Positions 17,360-27,965 of a stretch of 64,000 nucleotides of DNA are shown here, piece after piece; the stretch's first letter is position 1, and each line of letters starts with the position of its first letter. The notes below the pieces were generated by a model. That model was not told the DNA's origin. It did no database searches and was given only the letters and a program-made list of their open reading frames with translations. Source of the DNA: an uncultured Planctomycetia bacterium (lineage in GTDB: Bacteria > Omnitrophota > Gorgyraeia > 2-02-FULL-51-18 > CAYJSE01); assembly GCA_964372765.1 (NCBI GenBank), contig CAYJSE010000001.1, positions 50,755-114,754 of the forward strand, read 5' to 3'. Both the position numbers and the translations under genes were made by a program.

Positions 17360-18655
17360 ATGGATTTTAAAGCACGCACGGTCACAGTCGTCGGACTGGG
17401 CAAAAGCGGTTTGGCGGCCAGCCGATTTCTTGCCCGCCAAGGGGCCCGGGTACGCGTCACGGAAGCGCGGGATACCCCGGATTTGCGCGCGGCGGCGCGG
17501 GAGTTGAGGCGTCGCGGCGTGTGGGTGGAGCTGGGGGGACACCGTCCCGCGTGTCTTACGGGCGCGACGCTGGTGGTCACAAGTCCCGGCGTTCCCAAAG
17601 AAAGTTTGCCGATCCGCCGGGCTAAAAAAAAGCGGATCCCTGTGATCAGCGAAGTGGAGCTCGCGTCTTATTTTTGCCCGGGAATCGTGGTGGGAATCAC
17701 GGGCTCCAACGGCAAAACCACGACCAGCCATCTGTTCGCCGCGATGCTGCGCGCGGCCGGCCGGCCAGTCGTTTTGTGCGGCAACGTGGGCACTCCGTTC
17801 ATCGAGGCGCTTCCCAAGATCCGCCGCAATACAGTGGTGGTTTTGGAGCTGAGCTCGTTCCAGCTCGAGGATTGCGTGCGCTTCCGGCCGCGGGTGGCCG
17901 TGGTCCTCAACCTCAGCCCCAATCATCTCAATCGCCATGGCACGTTCGCGCGCTACGCGGCGGCGAAGGCCAATATTTTTAAGAATCAAACTCCGGCGGA
18001 CACGCTCGTCGTAAGCGCCGAAGACGCGCGCGTGCGCAAGCTCTCGCGGCGCGCCAGGTCGCGCGTCGTATTTTTTCACGCGTCAGACGCGCTTAAAAAA
18101 ATCAACCCCACAAAATGCCGCCTCCGGGGACAGCACAATTTGAGAAACATCGCGGCTTGCCTCGCGGCCGCCAAAGTGCTCAAGGTTCCGTTTCGGAAAT
18201 ATGAGCGCGCGATTTACGCTTTTAAGACGCTTGAACACCGCATCGAAGCTGTCGGACGCGTACGGGGTGTGACCTTTGTGAACGATTCCAAGTCGACAAC
18301 CGTGGACTCAACGCGCGCGGCGCTCGAAGCGATGGACGGCCGCGTGATCCTGATCGCGGGCGGTCGTGATAAGGGTTCGGATTTCAAAAAAATAGCGCCG
18401 CTTTTGCATCGACGCGCGAAGCGTGTGGTGCTTTACGGCGAGTCGCGTTTCAAGATAGCGGTTGCGTTGGGCCAAAGCGTTGTTTTGACGCTTGAGCCAA
18501 AGTTTGAAGACGCTGTGCGCGCGGCGTTTCAATGCGCCCAGCCGAAAGACACCGTGCTTTTGTCGCCGATGTGCACCAGTTTCGATCAGTTTTCCTCGTA
18601 CGAGGAGCGGGGGCTTGTTTTCAAGAAAACGGTCCGCGCTCTAAAGGGACCGTGA
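17360..18655 (+). CDS. murD: UDP-N-acetylmuramoylalanine--D-glutamate ligase
   Basis: VVGLGKSGLAASRFL Rossmann fold and GITGSNGKTTT P-loop. Confidence 0.9.
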   Translation: MDFKARTVTVVGLGKSGLAASRFLARQGARVRVTEARDTPDLRAAARELRRRGVWVELGGHRPACLTGATLVVTSPGVPKESLPIRRAKKKRIPVISEVELASYFCPGIVVGITGSNGKTTTSHLFAAMLRAAGRPVVLCGNVGTPFIEALPKIRRNTVVVLELSSFQLEDCVRFRPRVAVVLNLSPNHLNRHGTFARYAAAKANIFKNQTPADTLVVSAEDARVRKLSRRARSRVVFFHASDALKKINPTKCRLRGQHNLRNIAACLAAAKVLKVPFRKYERAIYAFKTLEHRIEAVGRVRGVTFVNDSKSTTVDSTRAALEAMDGRVILIAGGRDKGSDFKKIAPLLHRRAKRVVLYGESRFKIAVALGQSVVLTLEPKFEDAVRAAFQCAQPKDTVLLSPMCTSFDQFSSYEERGLVFKKTVRALKGP

Positions 18656-19752
18656 TGGAAGCGCTGAAGCGCGTCCGGACGCTGCTTTTCGGTGCGGCGA
18701 TGATTCTCGTGTGTCTGGGGATCGTGATGATCTACAGCGCGAGCGCTATCTACGCTTATGAAAATATGGGCGACAGCATGTATTTTTTGAAGCGTCATTT
18801 GATTTATCTGGCTGTGGGTTTTGGGTTGGCCTACGCGGCCGCGCGCGTGTCCTGTACGAAGCTTCGCCGGCACGTGAAGCCGATTTTGGGCGTGGCACTG
18901 GTGCTGCTCGTGCTTGTTTTGATCCCCCACGTGGGACACGCGACGGGCGGCGCCCGGCGCTGGTTCAAAATTGGCCCCCTCAGTGTGCAGCCGTCGGAAT
19001 TTCTGAAACTCGCGATTGTTTTTTACATGGCGGATTTTTTGGACCGCCGGCGTGAATACCTGTTGGACCTCAAACGAACCGTGTTGCCGGCGTTTTTTAT
19101 TTTGGGACTGGCCGCGGGACTTATTTTTCTGGAGCCCGATCTCGGTACTGCGGCGACGGTCGCGATGGTGGTGTTTATTTTATTTTTTGCGGCGGGGTTC
19201 AAGCTGAGACATTTAGCGACCGCGGTTTTGGTCGCTTTGCCGGCGCTTCTCTACGCGATGCTGGCCAAGCCCTACCGGCGTCGGCGGCTTTTGGCGTTTT
19301 TCAAACCCTGGGAAGATCCGCGCGGCGTGGGTTTTCAGGTGGTGCAGTCGTTTTTGGCGCTGGGGTCCGGCGGTCTCTTCGGCGTGGGTTTGGGTAAATC
19401 GCAGCAGAAACTGTTTTACCTGCCGGAGTCGCACACGGATTTTATTTTTTCGATCATCGGGGAGGAGCTTGGGTTTTTGGGCACGGCATCGGTGGTGGGG
19501 CTCTTTATCGTGTTTGTGTTTGCGGGCATGGTGATCGTGTTTCGCACGAAGACGCTATTTTCGCAGCTTTTGGCGCTGGGGCTCGTGACTCTGATCGGGC
19601 TGGAGGCCGTGATTAATATCGGTGTTTCCAGCGGCGCGTTGCCCACGAAGGGTCTGCCCCTTCCTTTTATCAGCTACGGAGGATCGGCGCTGATCGTAAA
19701 TCTCGTAGCGGTGGGGTTTTTGGTGAATCTGTCGATGGAGCCCCCCGAATGA
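18655..19752 (+). CDS. ftsW: Peptidoglycan glycosyltransferase FtsW (SEDS family)
   Basis: Polytopic SEDS protein with IYSASAIYA... The ATG at 18655 overlaps the murD stop. Confidence 0.88.
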   Translation: MEALKRVRTLLFGAAMILVCLGIVMIYSASAIYAYENMGDSMYFLKRHLIYLAVGFGLAYAAARVSCTKLRRHVKPILGVALVLLVLVLIPHVGHATGGARRWFKIGPLSVQPSEFLKLAIVFYMADFLDRRREYLLDLKRTVLPAFFILGLAAGLIFLEPDLGTAATVAMVVFILFFAAGFKLRHLATAVLVALPALLYAMLAKPYRRRRLLAFFKPWEDPRGVGFQVVQSFLALGSGGLFGVGLGKSQQKLFYLPESHTDFIFSIIGEELGFLGTASVVGLFIVFVFAGMVIVFRTKTLFSQLLALGLVTLIGLEAVINIGVSSGALPTKGLPLPFISYGGSALIVNLVAVGFLVNLSMEPPE

Positions 19753-20849
19753 AGATCGTGTTGGCCTGTGGCGGCACCGGCGGACATATCTTTCCGGCGA
19801 TCAGTGTGCAGGAAGAGCTAAAAGCGCGCGATTCCGGAGTCAAAATCGTGTACGTGTGCGGTAAAATGGACATCGAAAACGCGATTTTTAGGGCCATCCG
19901 CGGTGAGAAGCTTTATTCGGTGGAAAGCGCGCCGTTTCGAGGCGCGCGCTCTTTGGCGAGTCCCGCGTTTCTAGTAAAATTACTTCGGGGGTTTTGGCAG
20001 TCACTGGGTATTTTGCGGCGCGAAAAACCCCGCGTGGTGGTGGGGTTCGGTGGGCACTTTTCGTTTCCGATGATTGTAGCGGCGCGGTGTCTGGGGATTC
20101 CAACGCTTATTCACGAACAAAACGCGGTGCCCGGCATTGCCAACAAGGTATTGGCGCGCTGGGTGAACGGTGTGGCGCTCAGTTTCGCCGAAGCCCGCCT
20201 GCATCTTAAGACAGTGTCACCCACGCGTGTGACGGGCAATCCGATCCGCTCGAGCATCGAGAGGGATTGCCATGAGAACGCGCTTGGGTTTTTTGGGTTT
20301 TCGGCCGAGCGGCGGACGGTGCTGGTGCTGGGCGGTAGTCAGGGTGCGCAGTCGATCAACGCGGTGTTCTTGGAGATGCTTTCAAACATGCCGGAATCTT
20401 GGAAAGAGCAGCTGCAGTTTTTACATCTATGCGGAAAGATGCAGCCTCGCGAAGTGGAGATGTTGTTTAAGAGCCGGAACGTGATGGGACGCGCGTACTC
20501 TTTTTTTGACCGGATGGACCTTGTGTATTCGGCGGCGAACGTGGCGGTGGGCCGCGCGGGAGCCACATTTTTGGCGGAGATCGCCGTGAAAAATATTCCC
20601 GCGGTTTTGGTGCCGTTTCCGTTTGGCGGCGGCCATCAGCTTGAGAACGCGCGCGCATTTGGACGCGCGCACCCTGCGGCAGTGATTCTTCAGGAAAATT
20701 TAAATGCTGAGACTCTTTGGGCGTGTTTAGAGGATTTTTTAAAACATCCGAATCCCGAACCCCAGACGCGCGCGGTTTCGGCGGAGAGTGGGAACGAAAA
20801 TCCCCGCGTGAAACTGGCGGATTTTATTTTGGAGCTCGGCCGGCGTTGA
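19749..20849 (+). CDS. murG: UDP-N-acetylglucosamine--N-acetylmuramyl-(pentapeptide) pyrophosphoryl-undecaprenol N-acetylglucosamine transferase
   Basis: GGTGGHIFPA N-terminal motif and GT28 fold. Confidence 0.9.
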   Translation: MKIVLACGGTGGHIFPAISVQEELKARDSGVKIVYVCGKMDIENAIFRAIRGEKLYSVESAPFRGARSLASPAFLVKLLRGFWQSLGILRREKPRVVVGFGGHFSFPMIVAARCLGIPTLIHEQNAVPGIANKVLARWVNGVALSFAEARLHLKTVSPTRVTGNPIRSSIERDCHENALGFFGFSAERRTVLVLGGSQGAQSINAVFLEMLSNMPESWKEQLQFLHLCGKMQPREVEMLFKSRNVMGRAYSFFDRMDLVYSAANVAVGRAGATFLAEIAVKNIPAVLVPFPFGGGHQLENARAFGRAHPAAVILQENLNAETLWACLEDFLKHPNPEPQTRAVSAESGNENPRVKLADFILELGRR

Positions 20850-23101
20850 TGCGCGCGCCTAGAATTCACATGATCGGCATCGGCGGCATCGGCATGAGCG
20901 GGATTGCGCGCTTGTATTTGGAAAAGGGTTTTCACGTGCAGGGCTCCGACGTGAAGTCAGGACACATCGTCGAGGACCTGCGCCGCTTGGGCGCCAAGAT
21001 TTATGTGGGTCATGACGCGTCGCTCGTGGCCGGCGCAGATCAGGTGGTGTACTCGTCGGCTGTGGCCCTGGACCACCCGGAACGCCAAGAGGCTTTGAAG
21101 AGAGGCGTGCGGCTGGTGCACCGCGCCGAGGCGTTGGCCGAGCTCTGCCGCGGAAAGCGCACGATCGCGGTGGCCGGCACGCACGGCAAAACCACGACCA
21201 CCGCGATGATCGGTACGATTTTCAAGGAAGCCGGCCGCGATCCGTCGGTGGTGGTCGGCGGCTGGGTGGAGGGTTTAGGCGGGAATGCGCGTTCCGGGTC
21301 CGGCGCGGAGATTGTGATCGAAGCCGATGAGAGCGATGCCTCGTTTTTAGAATTTTCTCCTGTTGTCGAAGTGATCACCAACATCGAAGAAGAGCACATG
21401 GATCATTACGAGTCGCTCGAGAAAATCGTGGCGAGTTTCAGAAGCTTTATCCGCCGTCTGCCGGAAAACAGCGTGTGGATCGGCTGCGCGGAGGATGAGA
21501 AAGTGTCGGCGCTGGCGCGCGAACGTTTAAGGCCGTGCACGCTTTACGGATGGGATCCCGAGGTTTGCGACGTGTATGCGCGCGATTATGTCGAGTGTCC
21601 CGAAGGTCGGCGGGGCATCCGGTTTAGCGTGTGGCAGGGACCGCGGCGCTTGGGCGAACTGGAGCTGCGTGTTTTGGGCCGGCACAACGCGCTGAACGCA
21701 TTGGGGGCCGTGAGCGTGGCGTTGGCTTTCGGGATTTCTTTTGAAACGGCGGCACGGGCGCTGGCCGGTTACCAGGGGGTGGGGAGGCGATTTGACATTC
21801 GGTTTGAGAGCGCCCAATTTCTCGTCGTGGACGATTACGCCCATCACCCGACGGAGATACGCTCGACGCTCGCCGCCGCGAAGTCTCTGGGGAAAAAGAG
21901 GATTTTCGCGGTATTCGGACCGCATCGCTACAGCCGGACAAGAGATTTGTTTGAGGAATTTACACGCGCGTTTGATTTGGCCGATCGTCTCTTGGTGACG
22001 GATATCTACGCGGCCAGTGAGACGCCTCTGGAAGGCGTGACGGGTGAGAAACTGGCGTTGGCCGTGAAAAACTCAAGATCCCGCGATGCGCGTTACGTGC
22101 GCCGAGCGGAGGTGACCGAGACAGTCTTGCGTGAATTGCAGCCCGGGGATCTTTTGATCTTTCTGGGAGCCGGGGATCTCTACGCGGCTGCGGAAGAGGT
22201 GGCGCGGTTTTTAAAAACTGATGTTTTCCGGGCGCTTGCGGGAAAGGTTCTGACGGACGAGTCGCTTTCAAAGCACACGTCGCTGCGCGTGGGTGGACCC
22301 GTGGATTACTGGATAGAGCCGGAAGATCTCGAAGATTTAAAAAGAGCCGTGTCGCTCTGCCGGGAAAACCGCATCCCGTATCACGTTTTCGGCCTCGGGA
22401 GCAACACGCTTCCGCCGGACGCCGGTCTGCGCGGCGCGGCGATTTGCCTGGGTTCCGATGATTTTAAAAAGATGCGCGTCGAAGCGGATCGTGTTGTGGC
22501 CGGCGCCGGCGTTCCGAATAGCTTGCTCATCCAATTTGCGGTGGAGCAGGGGTTCGGGGGTTGTGAGTTTCTGTCTGGCATCCCTGGGAATCTGGGGGGC
22601 GCTTTGGCGATGAATGCTGGAAGCCACGGCCAGGCGCTGGATGCGCGCGTGGCAAGCGTGCGTGTGCTGGACAAGGATGGAGCGGTCCGGGAGCTCGCCC
22701 GAGGGGAAATCCCGTTTTCTTACCGGCATTGCCCCTTGGAAGATGTGATCTTTCTCGAGGCCGTGCTGGATCTGCCGCGTGCGCCGCGCGAAAAGACCCA
22801 AAAAGTCTTGGATGAGTACTACGGCTACCGCGCGCGTACCCAGGATCTGCAGCACCCAAGCGCGGGCTGCATGTTTAAAAATCCCGTTGAGACGGGCCGC
22901 TCCAGCGGTCAGCTGATCGAAGCGGCGGGTTTGAAGGGACACCGTTTAGGGCAAGCCCAAGTATCCACGAAGCACGCGAATTTTATCGTCAATTTGGGGG
23001 GCGCCCGCGCGAGCGACATTGCGCAGCTAATCCGTGAGGTTCAGGCGGCGGTGAAAGAAAAATTTGGGGTCTGGCTGGAGACGGAGGTTCGGATATTGTG
23101 A
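20849..23101 (+). CDS. murC: Fused UDP-N-acetylmuramate--L-alanine ligase / UDP-N-acetylenolpyruvoylglucosamine reductase (MurC-MurB)
   Basis: The N-terminal half is MurC (IHMIGIGGIGMSGIARLY...AGTHGKTTTTAM). The C-terminal ~290 aa is MurB (SLRVGGPVDYW...FGLGSNTL...). The reading frame is continuous with no stop between the two halves. Confidence 0.85.
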   Translation: MRAPRIHMIGIGGIGMSGIARLYLEKGFHVQGSDVKSGHIVEDLRRLGAKIYVGHDASLVAGADQVVYSSAVALDHPERQEALKRGVRLVHRAEALAELCRGKRTIAVAGTHGKTTTTAMIGTIFKEAGRDPSVVVGGWVEGLGGNARSGSGAEIVIEADESDASFLEFSPVVEVITNIEEEHMDHYESLEKIVASFRSFIRRLPENSVWIGCAEDEKVSALARERLRPCTLYGWDPEVCDVYARDYVECPEGRRGIRFSVWQGPRRLGELELRVLGRHNALNALGAVSVALAFGISFETAARALAGYQGVGRRFDIRFESAQFLVVDDYAHHPTEIRSTLAAAKSLGKKRIFAVFGPHRYSRTRDLFEEFTRAFDLADRLLVTDIYAASETPLEGVTGEKLALAVKNSRSRDARYVRRAEVTETVLRELQPGDLLIFLGAGDLYAAAEEVARFLKTDVFRALAGKVLTDESLSKHTSLRVGGPVDYWIEPEDLEDLKRAVSLCRENRIPYHVFGLGSNTLPPDAGLRGAAICLGSDDFKKMRVEADRVVAGAGVPNSLLIQFAVEQGFGGCEFLSGIPGNLGGALAMNAGSHGQALDARVASVRVLDKDGAVRELARGEIPFSYRHCPLEDVIFLEAVLDLPRAPREKTQKVLDEYYGYRARTQDLQHPSAGCMFKNPVETGRSSGQLIEAAGLKGHRLGQAQVSTKHANFIVNLGGARASDIAQLIREVQAAVKEKFGVWLETEVRIL

Positions 23102-24024
23102 GTTCGGAGTTTAGAGGAAAAAAGATTGCGGTTCTGGCCGGGGGGCCGTCGTCGGAGAGAGAAATTTCGTTTTTGTCCGGGCAGTGCGTGTACGAGGCGT
23201 TGGCCGCGAAAGGGTTTTCAGCGGTTCCGATAGACCCGATCGGAGATTTTATCCCCGCTTTAAAGAAGGAAGATATTTCATGGGCGTTTCTCGCGCTGCA
23301 CGGCGCTTTCGGGGAAGACGGAACCATTCAAAAGATACTCGAGAAAGAAAGGATCGCTTACACCGGTTCCAGCGCCGAGGCGAGTTTGAGGGCTTTTGAT
23401 AAATCCGTCGCTCAAGGTGTGCTGCGAGGTGCCGGAGTGCGGATTCCGGATTTCGTGACCATCGACAAGGAACATCATCGGTTTGAAGCGCCGATGCAGG
23501 CGCCTTTTGTCGTGAAACCGGCGCGTTCAGGCTCCAGCATCGGACTGACCATCGTGCGCAAAGAAACGATGTATCACACGGCGCTAGAGCGAGCGTTTGA
23601 ACATTCGGACGTCGCGCTCGTTGAGGAATATATCCAGGGCCGCGAGCTCACGGTGGGAGTGCTGGGCGACGAGCCGTTGCCGGTGGTGGAGGTGATCGCG
23701 GCGCGGGAATTTTACGACTATGAGGCGAAGTACAAAGATAATGGCACGCGCTATGAGTTTCCGGCAAAGCTCGACGCGGAAAAAACACGGGAAGTACAGA
23801 ATCTCGCGCTATCGACGTATCGGGCACTCGGCGCCCGTGTGATGGGTCGTGTGGATGTGATGCTGGACGCGCGCGGGGTGCCGTATGTATTGGAACTGAA
23901 CACCATCCCGGGTCTTACCAAAAAAAGTTTATTGCCTAAGGCGGCCCGCGCCCGAGGCATCGAGTTTGGGGATCTTTGTGTTAGAATTATGGAACTTTCA
24001 TTCGCGAAAGTGGGAGCTTTTTAA
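23098..24024 (+). CDS. ddl: D-alanine--D-alanine ligase
   Basis: ATP-grasp fold: KIAVLAGGPSSEREISFLSG...ELNTIPG. Confidence 0.9.
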   Translation: MSSEFRGKKIAVLAGGPSSEREISFLSGQCVYEALAAKGFSAVPIDPIGDFIPALKKEDISWAFLALHGAFGEDGTIQKILEKERIAYTGSSAEASLRAFDKSVAQGVLRGAGVRIPDFVTIDKEHHRFEAPMQAPFVVKPARSGSSIGLTIVRKETMYHTALERAFEHSDVALVEEYIQGRELTVGVLGDEPLPVVEVIAAREFYDYEAKYKDNGTRYEFPAKLDAEKTREVQNLALSTYRALGARVMGRVDVMLDARGVPYVLELNTIPGLTKKSLLPKAARARGIEFGDLCVRIMELSFAKVGAF

Positions 24025-24834
24025 GTGAAACCGATGAAAAACAAAGCGAAAAAAAAGTCGTCCCAACAGGGACTGGGTTTTAAAATCGCCTCAGGGTTGG
24101 GATGGGCGTTGGCTCGTTCGCTGCCGTATCTCTTGTCGCTGGCGCTTGTGGGGATGATGCTTGGCGGCGTGGTGGCGTACGCGATGAATTCGTCCACGTT
24201 TATGCTGGAAGAAGTGCAGATTTTGAATCTGGGGACGCTCAGTCAGGAACAGGCGTTTCGATTTTGTGAGCTGCGCAAAGGCGAAAATCTGATTGCGATT
24301 GACTTGGTGGCGGTTCAGGAGGTAATCAAGAGACGGCATCCCGAATTTAAAGAAGTGCAAGTGCGGCGTGTACTGCCTAACCGTATTGAGGTGGCGCTGA
24401 AGCGCCGCACGCCGATGGCGCAAATCGCGTTCTCCCGCTACGTGCAAGTGGACCGGGATTTCGTGATCCTGCCCGGCTCCAGCGTCGAACCGTTTCGGAA
24501 TCTCACCATTCTCGAAGGAGCCCCTACGCCGAGACAGGGAATTTTTGTGGGTGTACAGCTCGGCGACGCGGCGACACGCCGAAGCTTGAAACTCTCGGAG
24601 ATCATCCGACGCTCCAATCTCTTAGGTCACCGGACGTTGACGAAGATCGATATCTCCAACGTGGAAGATTTTACAATCACGATCGATCATGCCACCGAGG
24701 TGCATCTGGGTAAAAACCATTTCATCGAACGGTTGAAATTGCTCGCCGAAACTTTAAAAACGCTGGATCTGGATAAAAGTAAAATTCGGTCCATCGATCT
24801 GCGCTTTGACGATGTGGTGATCGTGCCGCAATGA
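24025..24834 (+). CDS. ftsQ: Cell division protein FtsQ/DivIB-like (POTRA)
   Basis: Single TM then a POTRA-like region. It sits in the dcw position between ddl and ftsA. Confidence 0.65.
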   Translation: MKPMKNKAKKKSSQQGLGFKIASGLGWALARSLPYLLSLALVGMMLGGVVAYAMNSSTFMLEEVQILNLGTLSQEQAFRFCELRKGENLIAIDLVAVQEVIKRRHPEFKEVQVRRVLPNRIEVALKRRTPMAQIAFSRYVQVDRDFVILPGSSVEPFRNLTILEGAPTPRQGIFVGVQLGDAATRRSLKLSEIIRRSNLLGHRTLTKIDISNVEDFTITIDHATEVHLGKNHFIERLKLLAETLKTLDLDKSKIRSIDLRFDDVVIVPQ

Positions 24835-25844
24835 AAAAACCGGTGGCCGCGGTCGATTTCGGCCTCGACAAAATCCGCGTTTTAATCGGGTTTCAGGACG
24901 AACGCAAAAATTTAAAAGTTAGGGGAGCCGCCGAAGTGTCCCCACAGGGGTTTGAGTCGGGCCGGCTGGTTCACGAGGCCGATGCGGCGGATGCCGTGTG
25001 GGAGGCGCTAGAGAAAGCGGTGCGCCATGCCGGTGTTCGTCCCGAAAAGGTGTATTTCAACCTGGATGAGCCGAATGTCGACAGCGTGTATTGTTTTGGC
25101 ACGCGGCGGCTGGGCGGTGAGGGGCTGATTCAAGCGTCCGATGTGGCCGAAACGATGGGCGTGGCGGAACGCTTCATCAATCACTTTGAGCGCCGCATCG
25201 TTTATTCAAGCCCGGTTTATTTTTTGATCGACGGTCGTGATCCGATGACCGATCCCGTCGGTGTGAGTGGGCGTGAGCTTACGGCCAAGGTTCACTTCGT
25301 GACGGTTTCTTCCGAGCGCTTTGAGCGCTGGCAAAAGATTTTTGAACGCGCGTTTTTACCGGACGCAGTGCCGGTTTTGTCGCTAGCGGCGACATGTTGG
25401 GCCATGCTGGCGGCCGAGGAAAAGACGCAAAACCGGTTTATCGTGGATGCCGGTTCTGACTTTATGAGTCTGGGAGTTCTGAGGCCGCAGGGTGTGGCGG
25501 CTTGCCGGATTTTCGAGTCGTGTTCCGTGACGAATGACGACTGCGCGCTTCGCGCGGCTGAGATTTTCAAGGCATGGCACAAGGATTATCCGGATACGGA
25601 GGAGATTCTTGTCACCGGCGATCGTTTGAGCTTACACTCCGCGGCGTGGCCGGCGATCCCGACGCGCGCGGTATCCCCGGCCGTGATTTTGGACCTGAAC
25701 CAGTCTCGCTACGCGTCGCTTGTGGGACTTTTAGGGGTTGCGTTGGAAACGAAAGGAAAGCGCGTGTTGACTCCGACGCGCCGTCCGGAGGCTTTGATCG
25801 ATTTAAAAAGCAAAGTCAGCGCGTTTTTGGACGAGTATTTTTAA
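24831..25844 (+). CDS. ftsA: FtsA-like actin-family cell division protein (short, divergent)
   Basis: dcw position after ftsQ. The N-terminus AAVDFGLDKIRVLIG matches the FtsA/actin phosphate-1 motif. At 337 aa it is shorter than canonical FtsA. Confidence 0.6.
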   Translation: MKKPVAAVDFGLDKIRVLIGFQDERKNLKVRGAAEVSPQGFESGRLVHEADAADAVWEALEKAVRHAGVRPEKVYFNLDEPNVDSVYCFGTRRLGGEGLIQASDVAETMGVAERFINHFERRIVYSSPVYFLIDGRDPMTDPVGVSGRELTAKVHFVTVSSERFERWQKIFERAFLPDAVPVLSLAATCWAMLAAEEKTQNRFIVDAGSDFMSLGVLRPQGVAACRIFESCSVTNDDCALRAAEIFKAWHKDYPDTEEILVTGDRLSLHSAAWPAIPTRAVSPAVILDLNQSRYASLVGLLGVALETKGKRVLTPTRRPEALIDLKSKVSAFLDEYF

Positions 25845-27038
25845 ATGACCCCGATTCCAGACATACTGAAAGATTTGAAAAAAGGCCGTGTCATTGTTGT
25901 CATGGATGACGCGGATCGTGAGAATGAGGGCGACCTCGTGGTGGCGGCGCAGCACGCGACGCCGGGCATCGTGAACTTCATGGCCAAGCACGGGCGGGGC
26001 ATTATCTGCGTGCCGATGGAATCGCGGCGTCTGGAGGAGCTTGGCATTCAGTCGATGGTGGCTGAAAGCGCCGATCACTTGAAAACCGCGTGGACGGTTT
26101 CCATCGACGCTAAGCACGGCATCACGACCGGTATCTCGGCGCATGACCGTTCGCGCACGATTCATGTGTTAATGGACGCCAAGACGCGCCGGGAGGATCT
26201 GGTGCGGCCGGGGCATGTGTTTCCGCTGAAAGCCCGTGAGGGAGGGGTGCTCGTACGCGCCGGACATACGGAAGCGTGCGTGGACTTAATGAAACTGGCG
26301 GGGCTTTATCCGGCCGGGGCGATCTGCGAGATCATGAACGACGACGGCACGATGGCGCGCACGCGCGATCTCGTGCGTTTTGCCCGAAAACATCGGCTTA
26401 AAGTTTGCACGATCCGGGATCTCATCGAGTATCGGCGCCGCAAAGAGAAGCTCGTGTCGCGTGTCGTCGAGACGCGTATCACGAACGAATTTGGCGAATT
26501 TCGTCTCGTGGCCTACGCATCGGTGGTGGACAAAGACTATCACATCGCGCTCGTGATGGGCGACATTTCCAAAGAAAAGGAAGCGCTGGTGCGTGTGCAT
26601 TCGGAATGCCTGACCGGCGATGTGTTTGGATCCCAGCGCTGCGATTGCGGCGAGCAGCTGCGCGACGGGCTGTACCGCATCGCCCAGCATAAAAGCGGCG
26701 TGCTTTTGTACATGCGGCAGGAAGGCCGCGGCGTGGGACTTATCAATAAACTGAAAGCTTACCGCCTTCAGGATGAGGGCCTGGATACCGTACAGGCCAA
26801 CGAGCGGCTTGGATTTGCGCCCGATTTGAGACACTACGGCGTCGGCGCGCAGATTCTCGTGGATCTGGGCGTGCGGCGCATACGACTTTTAACGAACAAT
26901 CCCAAAAAAATCGTAGGATTGGAAGGTTACGGTCTTCAAGTGGTGGAGCGCGTGCCGCTGCATGTGAAGCCCTCGCCGCATAACCGCAAGTATCTGCAAA
27001 CCAAAAAAAAGAAGATGGGGCACTGGATTGAAGCCTAA
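25845..27038 (+). CDS. ribBA: Bifunctional 3,4-dihydroxy-2-butanone-4-phosphate synthase / GTP cyclohydrolase II
   Basis: DHBP synthase N-terminal domain (DRENEGDLV) and GCHII C-terminal domain ([15 protein letters not shown] zinc site). Confidence 0.9.
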   Translation: MTPIPDILKDLKKGRVIVVMDDADRENEGDLVVAAQHATPGIVNFMAKHGRGIICVPMESRRLEELGIQSMVAESADHLKTAWTVSIDAKHGITTGISAHDRSRTIHVLMDAKTRREDLVRPGHVFPLKAREGGVLVRAGHTEACVDLMKLAGLYPAGAICEIMNDDGTMARTRDLVRFARKHRLKVCTIRDLIEYRRRKEKLVSRVVETRITNEFGEFRLVAYASVVDKDYHIALVMGDISKEKEALVRVHSECLTGDVFGSQRCDCGEQLRDGLYRIAQHKSGVLLYMRQEGRGVGLINKLKAYRLQDEGLDTVQANERLGFAPDLRHYGVGAQILVDLGVRRIRLLTNNPKKIVGLEGYGLQVVERVPLHVKPSPHNRKYLQTKKKKMGHWIEA

Positions 27039-27507
27039 AAAAGCGCTGCATATTCGGGGCAGTTTCAGCGCGCGTGGGAGGCGCTTTCTTATCGTGGTGT
27101 CGCGTTTCAACGAGGTGCTGACAGCGCGTCTTTTGGAGGGCGCGCTCGACACGCTGACGCGTCATGGCGCCCGACCGAAGGATATCCGTGTGGTTCATGT
27201 GCCCGGCGCTTTCGAAATTCCGTTGGCCCTGAAGCGCGCGCTCGCGCGTTTTCGGCCCGACGCGGCGTTGACACTGGCGGTGGTGATCCAGGGAAAGACA
27301 CGTCACTTTGATCAGGTGGTGCAGCAGTCGGCGAAGGGCGTGCAAGCGGTGATATTGAAAACAGATATTCCGGTAATCCTGGGTATCATTCCGGCCAAAA
27401 CGATTCAGGACGCGGTAGAGCGCGTCGGTTTAAAGCAGGAAAATAAAGGTCGGGACTGGGCGCTCGCGGCGATTGAAATGGCCGATCTGATGCGTCGGGT
27501 GGCCTGA
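27028..27507 (+). CDS. ribH: 6,7-dimethyl-8-ribityllumazine synthase
   Basis: [21 protein letters not shown]...VPGAFEIP lumazine synthase motifs. Confidence 0.88.
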   Translation: MKPKKALHIRGSFSARGRRFLIVVSRFNEVLTARLLEGALDTLTRHGARPKDIRVVHVPGAFEIPLALKRALARFRPDAALTLAVVIQGKTRHFDQVVQQSAKGVQAVILKTDIPVILGIIPAKTIQDAVERVGLKQENKGRDWALAAIEMADLMRRVA

Positions 27508-27965
27508 TGCGCAAGAGAACGCGCAGCCGCGAACTGGCGCTGCAGATGCTGTACCAGGCGGAGCTGGCCCAGGCGGAAGAGCTTGAGACGCTTTTTAGCG
27601 GTTTTTGGGAGCGTCTGGAAGAGGCCAAAACTCCCGCCGATGAGCCCGAGGTGCGTGAGTACGCCGAGAAGCTGGTGCGCGGCGTGATCGCGAACGCGAC
27701 AGCGATCGACCAAAGCATCGAACGCTTCGCCAAAAATTGGGATGTGCGGCGCATGGCGTACGTGGATCGCAATATCTTAAGGATGGCGACTTACGAGATG
27801 TGCTATACGGACGACGTGCCTGTCAAGGTGGCGATCAACGAGGCCGTGGAACTGGCCAAACGCTACGGTGAAGACGATTCCTCAAAATTTGTGAACGGCA
27901 TCCTCGATAAGATCGCCAAGACCGAATGTCCGCCAAAGAACATGGCGGATTTCACCGACTCATGA
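27507..27965 (+). CDS. nusB: Transcription antitermination factor NusB
   Basis: [12 protein letters not shown]...[22 protein letters not shown] is the NusB fold. ribH-nusB linkage is common. Confidence 0.85.
   Translation: MRKRTRSRELALQMLYQAELAQAEELETLFSGFWERLEEAKTPADEPEVREYAEKLVRGVIANATAIDQSIERFAKNWDVRRMAYVDRNILRMATYEMCYTDDVPVKVAINEAVELAKRYGEDDSSKFVNGILDKIAKTECPPKNMADFTDS

Noticed and set aside
25845-25860. FMN riboswitch upstream of ribBA
   Set aside because: ribBA starts 1 nt after the ftsA-like stop, so there is no leader in which an RFN element could reside.
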